From a virus, in the IMG/VR virus record IMGVR_UViG_3300027782_000047, positions 1 through 64,000 of that record: a DNA stretch of 64,000 bases; one strand, 5' to 3'. Positions 8,026-15,997 of this stretch are shown here, in pieces. Made by a program: the position numbers and the translations under genes. Within the stretch, counting starts at the first letter, position 1, and each line of letters starts with the position of its first letter. A model generated the notes under the pieces. It was not told where the DNA came from. It saw only the letters and a list, made by a program, of their open reading frames with translations, and searched no databases.

Positions 8026-8578
8026 AGACATACCATTCAACGTTCAAGATAAGTTTGACAATGTATTCCTTGACAATCATATCTTTTTCTTAAGTGGTGA
8101 AATAAATGAAGAAAACATTCTCAAAGCAACACAATGGTTAGTCTATGAGAATGCATACAATGATCCAGAAAAACTTTTACAGTTGTATATCAATTCTACC
8201 GGCGGTGATTTGTATCAAGCACTTGGTTTAATTGATATGATGCGTATTAGTAAAAACAGAATCCGAACAATCGGCGTTGGTGCTGTTATGTCGGCTGCTT
8301 TTCTAATATTTGCATCTGGCGAAAAAGGCGAAAGATTAATTTCCAAAAATTGTAGTTTGATGTGTCACCAGTATTCTGACACCTACGAAGGAAAGCACCA
8401 CGATTTAAAGTCATTCACAAAAGAGGCTGAATTGACTAATCAAAGAATGTTGAATATACTTCAAGAGGCTACGGGCATGAGCGCACGTAATGTTAAGTCC
8501 AAACTTTTATCACCTAGCGATGTTTGGTTGACAGCCGATGAAGTTATTAAACTGGGTGTAGCAGACCGCATTCTTTAA
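7994..8578 (+). CDS. clpP: ClpP-family serine protease subunit
   Basis: LYINSTGG; catalytic Ser in VMSAAF, His in MCHQ, Asp in DVWLTADE; GVADRI. Confidence 0.88.
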   Translation: MSGKRLGQTPEDIPFNVQDKFDNVFLDNHIFFLSGEINEENILKATQWLVYENAYNDPEKLLQLYINSTGGDLYQALGLIDMMRISKNRIRTIGVGAVMSAAFLIFASGEKGERLISKNCSLMCHQYSDTYEGKHHDLKSFTKEAELTNQRMLNILQEATGMSARNVKSKLLSPSDVWLTADEVIKLGVADRIL

Positions 8579-8600
8579 CGGAGGTTAATCAAAAGAAAAA

Positions 8601-8780
8601 ATGATTGGTGGCACTAAGGTAGAAAAAGTCTACAAAACTAAATTTCGGAAAAAAGATGATCCAGTATCCGACTGGAAACAACCCAAGCAAAAACACCACG
8701 ATAAATCTTTTTATCGTTTGGCAAAGGAAGAAAGCAATGAGTATCACTCAAGTTATCCAAAAGCAAATAAAAGAAATTGA
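8601..8780 (+). CDS. small basic hypothetical protein (59 aa)
   Basis: GGAGG upstream; MIGGTKVEKVYKTKFRKK... Confidence 0.55.
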   Translation: MIGGTKVEKVYKTKFRKKDDPVSDWKQPKQKHHDKSFYRLAKEESNEYHSSYPKANKRN

Positions 8781-8904
8781 AGCTAGAATCAAAACAGATT
8801 CTGGCGATGTTGAGGAACTCAAGAGGGTATTATCTCGCTTGAAAATGCAGGAATTTGAGGAAGATATAAAAGAGTCCGACAACAGGCAACTATTACAAGG
8901 TTGA
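8737..8904 (+). CDS. small coiled-coil hypothetical protein
   Basis: Start at ATG 8737 after AAGGA; ends DNRQLLQG. Confidence 0.7.
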   Translation: MSITQVIQKQIKEIEARIKTDSGDVEELKRVLSRLKMQEFEEDIKESDNRQLLQG

Positions 8905-8928
8905 TGTTGTAGGAAAACAACGAGCCAC

Positions 8929-8956
8929 TTGACAAGATTATCCATTGTGCTATACT
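8929..8956 (+). promoter_or_regulatory. early promoter (leaderless transcript predicted)
   Basis: TTGACA-16-TATACT; ATG 7 nt downstream, no SD. Confidence 0.8.
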
Positions 8957-8963
8957 AAGCATT

Positions 8964-9335
8964 ATGAATATTCCAACAGTCGGTTCAAAAGTTTCCATTA
9001 CTGTCCGTTTTAAAACTAATTACTTATACGCTCCAGAGCCGTATGAGGATGTTGAATTAACGGGCACAGTTGTTAAAAGTCAACGATGGGTTGATGCGGA
9101 TAGTTTTTCACTTGAAACTACCGACAAAGAATACCCGGTCAAAATAATTCCGTCCTCATGGTTACGGAATGTCAAAGTAATTTCTGGCTCGGTTCAGAGT
9201 ACCAGAAAATTCAAGGTCGCAGGTAGCAAAGGCGAGTATACCGTAACGCAAAACGGCAAGCATTACTCCTGCACATGCATTGGTTTCAAGTATCATGGAA
9301 AATGCAAGCATATTACCGCTGTTGCAAAAATGTGA
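8964..9335 (+). CDS. SWIM zinc-finger protein
   Basis: C-terminal YTV...CTCIGFKYHGKCKHI. Confidence 0.85.
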   Translation: MNIPTVGSKVSITVRFKTNYLYAPEPYEDVELTGTVVKSQRWVDADSFSLETTDKEYPVKIIPSSWLRNVKVISGSVQSTRKFKVAGSKGEYTVTQNGKHYSCTCIGFKYHGKCKHITAVAKM

Positions 9336-9343
9336 CACTATGC

Positions 9344-9372
9344 TTGCAAAATAACCTTGCCTGTGTTATACT
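9344..9372 (+). promoter_or_regulatory. early promoter
   Basis: TTGCAA-17-TATACT with TG extension. Confidence 0.7.
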
Positions 9373-9394
9373 GACTTATGTTTGTTAATTAGGA

Positions 9395-9622
9395 GTGTAT
9401 ATGAACGAATGGGACCGTGATAATCTAAATTTTTTAATGAATTGTCCTCGTGTGACATTAAGTCAAATGGCCAAAGAAATGGACATTGAAGACTTAAATT
9501 ATGCAATAAAATTACTTCGGATTGGTCGTTCCGAATTGATGGTTCAAGAAATGGAACAATGCTTGGACTATGTTGAAGACCTGACGGTAGCTAAAAATTT
9601 GTTGAATAAAATTAAGGGATAA
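9395..9622 (+). CDS. hypothetical protein
   Basis: AGGAG SD (probable start ATG 9401); MNEWDRDNLNFLM. Confidence 0.75.
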   Translation: MYMNEWDRDNLNFLMNCPRVTLSQMAKEMDIEDLNYAIKLLRIGRSELMVQEMEQCLDYVEDLTVAKNLLNKIKG

Positions 9623-9623
9623 T

Positions 9624-9827
9624 ATGGATCAGTTTACACTAATGGCAGAAACACTCACAAATTATAATTGTAAGTTTGTCCGAAATTACATTCTGGAAGA
9701 TGAAGAAGCCACCAATGAATCGTTAGCATTGGTTGAGAGTATCTTACTTCACGGTTATACAATCACCGATTGTACCGAATATAAAACCACAATGAAGCGA
9801 GTGACCGAAAGGAAAAGTAATGCGTGA
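9624..9827 (+). CDS. hypothetical protein
   Basis: 67 aa ORF in operon. Confidence 0.65.
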   Translation: MDQFTLMAETLTNYNCKFVRNYILEDEEATNESLALVESILLHGYTITDCTEYKTTMKRVTERKSNA

Positions 9828-9951
9828 ATTTTCTTTTTTCCTTGAAGCCTGGAAATTCTGTATTCAGAATAAAATTCCTACAACGACAATCCAAAGAAAA
9901 AGCTGGAAGACTTGGACAGTTAACGTAAATTCAGGATTTGAATTAGCATGA
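9820..9951 (+). CDS. small hypothetical protein (43 aa)
   Basis: AAGGA SD; MREFSFFLEAWKFC...; overlaps both neighbours. Confidence 0.55.
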   Translation: MREFSFFLEAWKFCIQNKIPTTTIQRKSWKTWTVNVNSGFELA

Positions 9952-10298
9952 TGTTCTATGTTAACTTGGGCAAGAGCAAGCGCAAAAACAAAACCAAAAA
10001 AGAATTGGCCGAGTATGATGCTTGGCTAAAAAGTGTCAACAGCATGACTACCAATTTTTCATCTAAGAAAGCAAAAGTGATACAAGAAAATAAATTTCCC
10101 AAGTTGGCTATTCCTGCGGATCGTGATTCTAAAAAGTATCCCAGCAAAGTGACTCCCGGCGGTTCTGCAACAAAGCCAATTCATGGTAAAGTTTACACTG
10201 GTACCGAAATGAAAGGTATCGGCACTTTACATAAGAGTAATGCGGTGCCAATTTTCTCAGCCGAGGAAGCAATTGACCAAGCAAACATGAGGCGATAA
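9948..10298 (+). CDS. conserved basic T4-like hypothetical protein
   Basis: KVYTG...GIGTLHKSNAVPIF...MRR motif. Confidence 0.8.
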   Translation: MMFYVNLGKSKRKNKTKKELAEYDAWLKSVNSMTTNFSSKKAKVIQENKFPKLAIPADRDSKKYPSKVTPGGSATKPIHGKVYTGTEMKGIGTLHKSNAVPIFSAEEAIDQANMRR

Positions 10299-10299
10299 G

Positions 10300-10428
10300 A
10301 TGGAAGTATTCATTTCCACAAGTAGTATATTTGTTTTAGGATTATTCTTCGGCGCACTATTAGGCCGACTTGTAACCTTTAGTATTCTAGCCGCTGGCTG
10401 TGTGGTAATGTTAATACTTAGGTACTAA
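10300..10428 (+). CDS. small hydrophobic membrane protein (42 aa)
   Basis: MEVFISTSSIFVLGLFFGALLGRLVTFSILAAGCVVMLILRY. Confidence 0.55.
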   Translation: MEVFISTSSIFVLGLFFGALLGRLVTFSILAAGCVVMLILRY

Positions 10429-10460
10429 TGTTGTATTTCTGCGACAACCCCAAAAAATGC

Positions 10461-10488
10461 TTGACAATCTTTACCATCCTGTTATACT
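10461..10488 (+). promoter_or_regulatory. early promoter
   Basis: TTGACA-16-TATACT followed by CATAGATTGA. Confidence 0.8.
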
Positions 10489-10519
10489 ATATTCATAGAT
10501 TGATAGAAAGAGGTTGAAA

Positions 10520-11272
10520 ATGAAATTGCTCTCCACCGGTAATCCAAAAGTACTCAAAGGTATGTCTCAAGGATATAACACTTATATCTTACACTTGGCG
10601 CCTGCTGATTTGTCGGGTTATGAAACATGTGCAAAGCGCACCGCTGGTTGTACCGCGGCTTGTCTCAATACCGCTGGTCGTGGTGGCATGTTCAAGCGTG
10701 GCGAGAATACCAACGTTATTCAACAAGCCCGCATCCGCAAAACAAAAATGTTTTTTGAGAACCGTGTAGAATTTATGGCTACACTGGTTAAAGATATTGA
10801 GTTGGCTATCAAGCAAAGCAAAAAAATGGAATTGGTGCCTGTGTTCCGCTTGAATGGCACTTCCGACTTAGCGTGGGAAAAATACGAAGTTGTTCGCAAC
10901 GGTCAATTATTCCGTAACATCTTCACCGCTTTTCCAGAAGTCCAATTTTACGACTACACCAAAATCCTTGGTCGTAAAATCAAAGAGTATTCAAATTATC
11001 AATTGACGTTTTCAGCCGCGGACGGTAATGATTCCGATGTGTTGAAAGCCTTGAATGAGGGTTTGAATGTTGCGGTAGTCTTCGGTATCAAAAAAACATT
11101 GCCGATGCCTGTTGATTACCTCTCTCGCCCAGTCTTTAACGGCGATGAATCCGACTTGCGTTTCCTTGACCCAAAGGGTGTGATTGTCGGTCTCTATGCT
11201 AAAGGCAAAGCAAAAAAAGATACTACCGGGTTCGTTAAGTATCCTACCATCATGTTGCAAAAAGCCGCATGA
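10520..11272 (+). CDS. GP88-like Cys-cluster (radical-SAM-related) phage protein
   Basis: C-x7-C-x3-C (CAKRTAGCTAAC), RLNGTSD, QFYDYTK, GDESDLRFLD. Confidence 0.75.
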   Translation: MKLLSTGNPKVLKGMSQGYNTYILHLAPADLSGYETCAKRTAGCTAACLNTAGRGGMFKRGENTNVIQQARIRKTKMFFENRVEFMATLVKDIELAIKQSKKMELVPVFRLNGTSDLAWEKYEVVRNGQLFRNIFTAFPEVQFYDYTKILGRKIKEYSNYQLTFSAADGNDSDVLKALNEGLNVAVVFGIKKTLPMPVDYLSRPVFNGDESDLRFLDPKGVIVGLYAKGKAKKDTTGFVKYPTIMLQKAA

Positions 11273-11287
11273 TTACCAGCCATCTGG

Positions 11288-11316
11288 TTGACAGATGGCA
11301 ATTTTTATTGTATAAT
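11288..11316 (+). promoter_or_regulatory. consensus sigma70 promoter
   Basis: TTGACA-17-TATAAT. Confidence 0.85.
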
Positions 11317-11333
11317 GTATTTTCTTAAATTAA

Positions 11334-11732
11334 ATGGAGTTTATTATGACTAAAGCTAAAAATGTTAAACCAGCTAAAGCCGTTCGTTTAAAGGCATGGG
11401 AGCCAATCTTCCAATTGCTTATGACTGGTAATGCGGTTAAAAAAGATGTGTTTGAGAATTTGCTTGGCGATGCCTTGAAATACAAATTGTCGGCTCACAT
11501 TCTTGAAATTAAAATTCGGAGTGAAGCCGTTATCCGTGTTGTGAAAGATGGTCGTAAAGTTGTATCATACCAACTTATGAATCCAACATCCGACGGTGTT
11601 GTTAAATATTGGCGTGACCGCGGTATCGTTCTTGATACTGTGAAGAACCTTAAAGATTTGCAAGCAAAGCCTGCAAAAGAAACCGAAGTCCTTACTGTGA
11701 CTGAGGTTACCGAGCCAACCGCTACGGCTTAA
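11334..11732 (+). CDS. hypothetical basic protein, possibly DNA-binding
   Basis: GGAG SD before ATG 11346; has its own promoter and terminator. Confidence 0.75.
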   Translation: MEFIMTKAKNVKPAKAVRLKAWEPIFQLLMTGNAVKKDVFENLLGDALKYKLSAHILEIKIRSEAVIRVVKDGRKVVSYQLMNPTSDGVVKYWRDRGIVLDTVKNLKDLQAKPAKETEVLTVTEVTEPTATA

Positions 11733-11752
11733 GTTAAAAACTTTTAGAGTTT

Positions 11753-11780
11753 AGCCTGGGTGCAATGCCCAGGTTTTTTT
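11753..11780 (+). terminator. Rho-independent terminator
   Basis: Stem CCTGGG/CCCAGG around a GCAA-containing loop, followed by a T-run. Confidence 0.85.
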
Positions 11781-11795
11781 CTATGGAGAATCGGA

Positions 11796-11945
11796 ATGTG
11801 GAAATTATGGGCTAAAGCATTAGGTGAAAAAGCTGGAGAGAATGATAAAGAGGCTGATAAAGTTGCTTGCATTCGGACGGCGATTGTGTTATCATACATC
11901 ATCACTAACCTTTTTATTGTTGCTGGCGTAATTCGCCATTGGTAA
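11796..11945 (+). CDS. small membrane protein
   Basis: GGAG SD; MWKLWAKALGEKAG...IVAGVIRHW. Confidence 0.75.
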   Translation: MWKLWAKALGEKAGENDKEADKVACIRTAIVLSYIITNLFIVAGVIRHW

Positions 11946-11948
11946 ACT

Positions 11949-12194
11949 ATGCAGACATTCTTAACTACTCACACATATAATACGGTGCCTGTTGTGCAGG
12001 TAAATACTGCTGGTCCTACAATGACTTTTCCTGAACCAATCAGTTATGAATTTCAAGTTGTTGAATATATTGATGATGATGAAAAAATAACTAGAGTTGC
12101 TTTGCAAGTGAAAAAAAATGTCCATGACCAATTTGGAAATATTAAACTAGCTGGCTATTGGGAAGAAGTACCACGAATAAAGATGAAACTATGA
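11949..12194 (+). CDS. hypothetical protein
   Basis: 81 aa ORF. Confidence 0.7.
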   Translation: MQTFLTTHTYNTVPVVQVNTAGPTMTFPEPISYEFQVVEYIDDDEKITRVALQVKKNVHDQFGNIKLAGYWEEVPRIKMKL

Positions 12195-12730
12195 ATATTT
12201 TTTACCTTGACCACGATGTTTCTAATTGTGCTATGATGCACAACGACAAGCATTGTGTTAAAATGATCCTTGAATATGCTCAATTACTTTCTACTGCCCA
12301 TCGTTATCTTGATGGCGCTGTCTTTGTTGGCCTCTCTAAAACTGGTCGCAAACAAACTAGATATGTTCTTCCTGACGGGCGTGAATCTGTGTTGTATTCT
12401 GCTACTCATATCAATCATCCTTCAGCCGTATGGGTAAGACAATCTGATGCCAACTATGCTTGGTTGTACAGACTGTTTGGCGCACTGATGGACGAATATA
12501 CGCATCGTTATGGTAAAATTCATTCATGTGAACGACTTTCACAAGCACTGAGTTATAGACCCAAAAATATTCCCGTTGGTCCATTTACTGAACCAACTCC
12601 TGCTATGCCTGATGAAGTGAAAATTCCCGGTGATTCTATTGCATCATACAGAAATTACTACATAAACAACAAAAATCATCTTGCAAACTGGAAGAAAAGA
12701 AATATTCCTTCCTGGTTCTGTGCTATATAA
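12191..12730 (+). CDS. pyrimidine-dimer DNA glycosylase (DenV-family)-like protein
   Basis: MNIFYLD, HCVKMILEYAQLLSTAH, THINHPS, EYTHRYGKIH, PAMPD. Confidence 0.8.
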   Translation: MNIFYLDHDVSNCAMMHNDKHCVKMILEYAQLLSTAHRYLDGAVFVGLSKTGRKQTRYVLPDGRESVLYSATHINHPSAVWVRQSDANYAWLYRLFGALMDEYTHRYGKIHSCERLSQALSYRPKNIPVGPFTEPTPAMPDEVKIPGDSIASYRNYYINNKNHLANWKKRNIPSWFCAI

Positions 12731-12739
12731 GAGTGTAAC

Positions 12740-13039
12740 ATGCCTACATATAACTTCCTGAATATTGAAACTGGTGAAGAATTTGAAGCGTTTATGAAAT
12801 TTTCTGAACGTGAAGAATATCTAAAAACCAATCCACAGATTCAAACTGTGATGACTGCACCTGCGATTGTGTCGGGCGTGTCTACATCAAAACAAAACCG
12901 TGTTCCCGATGGGTTCAAAGAGGTTCTTTCAAAAATCTCTGAGGCTCATCCTGCTAGTGCAGTTGCGGATAAGCACGGAAGAAAATCAATCAAACAAGCC
13001 AGAACCGAACAGGTGATTAAAAAACACACAAAGGGATAA
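12740..13039 (+). CDS. conserved hypothetical protein (FmdB-like N-terminus)
   Basis: MPTYNF...TGEEFE; GFKEVLSKI. Confidence 0.7.
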   Translation: MPTYNFLNIETGEEFEAFMKFSEREEYLKTNPQIQTVMTAPAIVSGVSTSKQNRVPDGFKEVLSKISEAHPASAVADKHGRKSIKQARTEQVIKKHTKG

Positions 13040-13063
13040 TGGCATTACCAATAGAGGGTCTTC

Positions 13064-13816
13064 ATGGCAAGAAAAGCAAATACAAAAATTAGACTTGTTG
13101 ATGAATCTGATGTGCAAACAAAACCAACGAATGCACTAAAAATCAGAATAGATGATTTAAAGACTTTTGACCCACTAACAAACAATCAAAAATTATTTTT
13201 TGATGCATATAAGAGAGGCGATTATTTTGTAGCATTACACGGTGTAGCAGGAACAGGTAAAACATTTTGTGCGTTATACAAAGCACTAGAAGAAGTTTTA
13301 GATAAGAGTAATCCATTTCATAAAATTATTATTGTGCGTTCGGCGGTACAATCAAGAGAGATGGGTCATTTGCCTGGTGACGTTGCAGAGAAGATGGAAA
13401 TCTATCAGCAACCATATCAACAAATTTGCCACACTTTGTTTGGTCGCAAAGATGCGTATCAAAGACTTGAAGAACAAGGATACATTGAATTTATTTCAAC
13501 ATCATTCATCCGTGGTATGTCATTTGATGATGCAATTATTATCGTTGATGAAATGCAAAATTTGACGTTTGAAGAAATTGATACCGTTATGACCCGTGTT
13601 GGTTATCGCTCAAAAATTGTATGGTGTGGTGATTATCGCCAAACAGACTTGAACAAAAAGAAAAATGATATGAGTGGTATTTTAAAATTCTTTGATATTG
13701 CAATGCACATGAATGCATTCACTAGAATTGAATTTACCGCAGATGACATTGTTCGGTCATCACTTGTGAAAGATTACATCCTTGCTAAAATGCAACATGA
13801 GGATTCAACAAATTAA
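13064..13816 (+). CDS. phoH: PhoH-like ATPase
   Basis: GVAGTGKT, MGHLPG, FIRGMSF, IVDEMQN, GDYRQTD. Confidence 0.93.
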   Translation: MARKANTKIRLVDESDVQTKPTNALKIRIDDLKTFDPLTNNQKLFFDAYKRGDYFVALHGVAGTGKTFCALYKALEEVLDKSNPFHKIIIVRSAVQSREMGHLPGDVAEKMEIYQQPYQQICHTLFGRKDAYQRLEEQGYIEFISTSFIRGMSFDDAIIIVDEMQNLTFEEIDTVMTRVGYRSKIVWCGDYRQTDLNKKKNDMSGILKFFDIAMHMNAFTRIEFTADDIVRSSLVKDYILAKMQHEDSTN

Positions 13817-13819
13817 ATT

Positions 13820-14488
13820 ATGTTTACGTATTGCCCACCCAAGAAACTAGAAGACTTAAAATCAGAAACACTAGAGAATGGAAGATTTTATGTAACGCCA
13901 GATGGTAAAAGATTACCATCGGTAACAACCGTCTTGGGTGCAATGGGCAAGAAAGCTATCTATGAATGGCGACAACGTGTTGGTGCAGAGGAAGCAAATC
14001 GTATTTCACGGATTGCTTCTGGTCGTGGTACACGTATGCATACGCTATGCGAAAAGTATTTGAACAATCAAGAGTTGGGCAAACCAATGCCTGATGCGCT
14101 GGAATTATTTAAAAAGGTACAACCATATCTAAATAAAATCAACAACATTCAGTATCAAGAATGTGCATTGTGGTCAACAAAACTTGGCATGGCTGGGCGT
14201 GTAGATTGTATTGCGGAATATGATGGTGTTCTTTCTGTCATTGATTTTAAAACATCCAGCAGAGTGAAAACTGCGGAAGATATTCCTGCATATTTTGCTC
14301 AATGTACCGCTTATGCATTGATGTATGAAGAATTGATTGGTGTAAGAATTGACCAAATAGTTGTTATCATGGCTGTACAGGAAGATAACCCAATCATCTT
14401 TATTGAACCAATGAGAAAACATATAAATACTTTACTAGAGTACATTAGTTTTTATCGTGAAAAAAACAATTATTACCTGACAAACTAG
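13820..14488 (+). CDS. PD-(D/E)xK exonuclease (Cas4-like/exonuclease A)
   Basis: LPSVTTVL, RGTRMH, AGRVDCI, IDFKTS, QCTAYA. Confidence 0.88.
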   Translation: MFTYCPPKKLEDLKSETLENGRFYVTPDGKRLPSVTTVLGAMGKKAIYEWRQRVGAEEANRISRIASGRGTRMHTLCEKYLNNQELGKPMPDALELFKKVQPYLNKINNIQYQECALWSTKLGMAGRVDCIAEYDGVLSVIDFKTSSRVKTAEDIPAYFAQCTAYALMYEELIGVRIDQIVVIMAVQEDNPIIFIEPMRKHINTLLEYISFYREKNNYYLTN

Positions 14489-14505
14489 TTTTGTTGTGTT
14501 ATAAT
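14477..14505 (+). promoter_or_regulatory. promoter for tmRNA (additional late TATAAATA at 14422-14429)
   Basis: CTGACA-17-TATAAT with TG extension. Confidence 0.65.
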
Positions 14506-14509
14506 TAGT

Positions 14510-14805
14510 GTTATTGCTGTATGAAGCAAAGAGAAAAGTGTTCTGGACGGGGGTGCGAATCCCCCCACCTCCACCAGAAGTGCATGTATTAGATGAAAGA
14601 AACCATTTTATGGGCTCTAATGGGTGTGCTTCTGATGGGGGTGACCTAGATTCGACAGGGCAACAAGTACATGCGTGGACAGCACGGTAGGCGATGACCG
14701 TAAATCAAGCAAAAAAGTAAACGCAAACGACTCACGTTTCGAATTGGCAGCCTAAACGCTGACTAGGGTTTCGGTAGGTTTCCTCGTAACAGAATAACCT
14801 ACCAA
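14510..14805 (+). ncRNA. ssrA: circularly permuted (two-piece) tmRNA, tag ANDSRFELAA
   Basis: The acceptor piece ends ...GACGGGGGTGCGAATCCCCCCACCTCCACCA (14576), before the coding piece starting GGGGGTGACCTAGATTCGAC (14637). Tag ORF is 14723-14755. The intervening segment is hairpin-closed (CAGAAGTGCAT/GTGTGCTTCTG). Confidence 0.9.
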
Positions 14806-14827
14806 TTTATTAACAAGGAGTTTTATT

Positions 14828-15364
14828 TTGAAGAAAATAGCAATCGCAAGTTTAATTGCAATCGCAACTGCCGCGCAAGCCGGTGGTTTTGTTTCGTATG
14901 GTGTTGACCAAGTTACTGACCGTGTAAGTAACAAACAGAGTATCGCACAGTATGTCCGTGCTGGTACTTCATTAGGTGGTTTGAATCTTGGATTACAAAA
15001 TCGTAATGCTCGTACCAATGACAACCAATCTATGTTCAATAGTTTGGAACTTACCGCAGGTAAAACAGTTTTTGGTATCAACCCATTCGTTGGCGTTGGT
15101 TTTGATAATGGCGGTGATGGCGCAAAGCCATATGAGTATGGTCTAGTTGGCGCAAACGCTGGTGTTAAAGTAGGTCCTGGTTATGCCATGGCTGGTGTTA
15201 AGACCCGTGTAAATTGGAACAGCGCAAATCCAAAACAATCTGTAGCCTTTGTTAGCTATGACATGCCAGTCATCAGCAAAGTATCTGTTGGTTTGGGTGT
15301 TAGCCAAAGCTATCAAGACATTCAGGATCGTGCAGTTGGACTTACAGTTTCTGTAGGATTCTAA
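14828..15364 (+). CDS. outer-membrane beta-barrel (porin-like) protein
   Basis: AAGGAG SD, TTG start, signal peptide ending AQA, amphipathic strands, C-terminal Phe. Confidence 0.8.
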   Translation: MKKIAIASLIAIATAAQAGGFVSYGVDQVTDRVSNKQSIAQYVRAGTSLGGLNLGLQNRNARTNDNQSMFNSLELTAGKTVFGINPFVGVGFDNGGDGAKPYEYGLVGANAGVKVGPGYAMAGVKTRVNWNSANPKQSVAFVSYDMPVISKVSVGLGVSQSYQDIQDRAVGLTVSVGF

Positions 15365-15388
15365 TATTGGAGTTTGTTAGTTCTCAAT

Positions 15389-15436
15389 AAAAACTAACTA
15401 AATATTCCATAAATTACTTAAAGAATAAAACATGGC
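15389..15436 (+). repeat. 48-bp direct repeat, copy 1 (late promoter and translation start)
   Basis: AAAAACTAACTAAATATTCCATAAATTACTTAAAGAATAAAACATGGC; 2 mismatches versus 18191-18238. Confidence 0.9.
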
Positions 15437-15992
15437 ATTACAAAGCTCCGGTGCAATATCATTTAACAACATTAACGTTGAACTTGGTGTAGCTGGAACT
15501 ACACAAGCAAGTTTGAACCAGTCATCATATAGAACATTGGCTGGTGTGGCGAGTGGTGCAATCTCTATGTCTAATTTCTACGGTAAGAGTGCTGGCACTC
15601 CCGTCAGTATTACTTATACTAGTATGTATTATTCTGACAGAGAAGGAGGTTCAACGCAATTCCTCGTATTTGACAATTTGAATGAAGCAGTATCACGACC
15701 TCTGTTCGGTGCAAATATTATATATGTACAACTCACATGGGATAACCCCCGTCAAGAAATAAGCCATTTTGAATTCGGTGTAAGAGGAGTCCGTGCTCAA
15801 AACTTCTTTAATTCAGTCAGCGGAAATGGTAGGACTCTTTATACAAATTCGCTATCTTATTTCAACTCCCAAGCCTCAGGATATTATGGTGCTTTAAGTG
15901 CTTGGGTTTGGAATTACTATGTTGGTCCAAGTCCATTGCCATTTACACTCACTGTAAATGAGACACTAACTAATACCTTAACATTTGCATAA
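15432..15992 (+). CDS. putative tail-fibre tip/adhesin with conserved MALQSSGAIS N-terminal module
   Basis: First ~52 aa are paralogous to 18234 (ELG...SLN...R.LAGVASG.I..SNFYG.S); aromatic beta-rich C-terminus. Confidence 0.65.
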   Translation: MALQSSGAISFNNINVELGVAGTTQASLNQSSYRTLAGVASGAISMSNFYGKSAGTPVSITYTSMYYSDREGGSTQFLVFDNLNEAVSRPLFGANIIYVQLTWDNPRQEISHFEFGVRGVRAQNFFNSVSGNGRTLYTNSLSYFNSQASGYYGALSAWVWNYYVGPSPLPFTLTVNETLTNTLTFA

Positions 15993-15997
15993 AAATT

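Noticed and set aside
13820-14488. Cas4-like nuclease as a sign of CRISPR
   Set aside because: No repeat-spacer array or other cas genes were seen; this is a standard T4-like exonuclease.
14508-14690. 60-aa ORF
   Set aside because: Coincides with the tmRNA acceptor piece and intervening segment.
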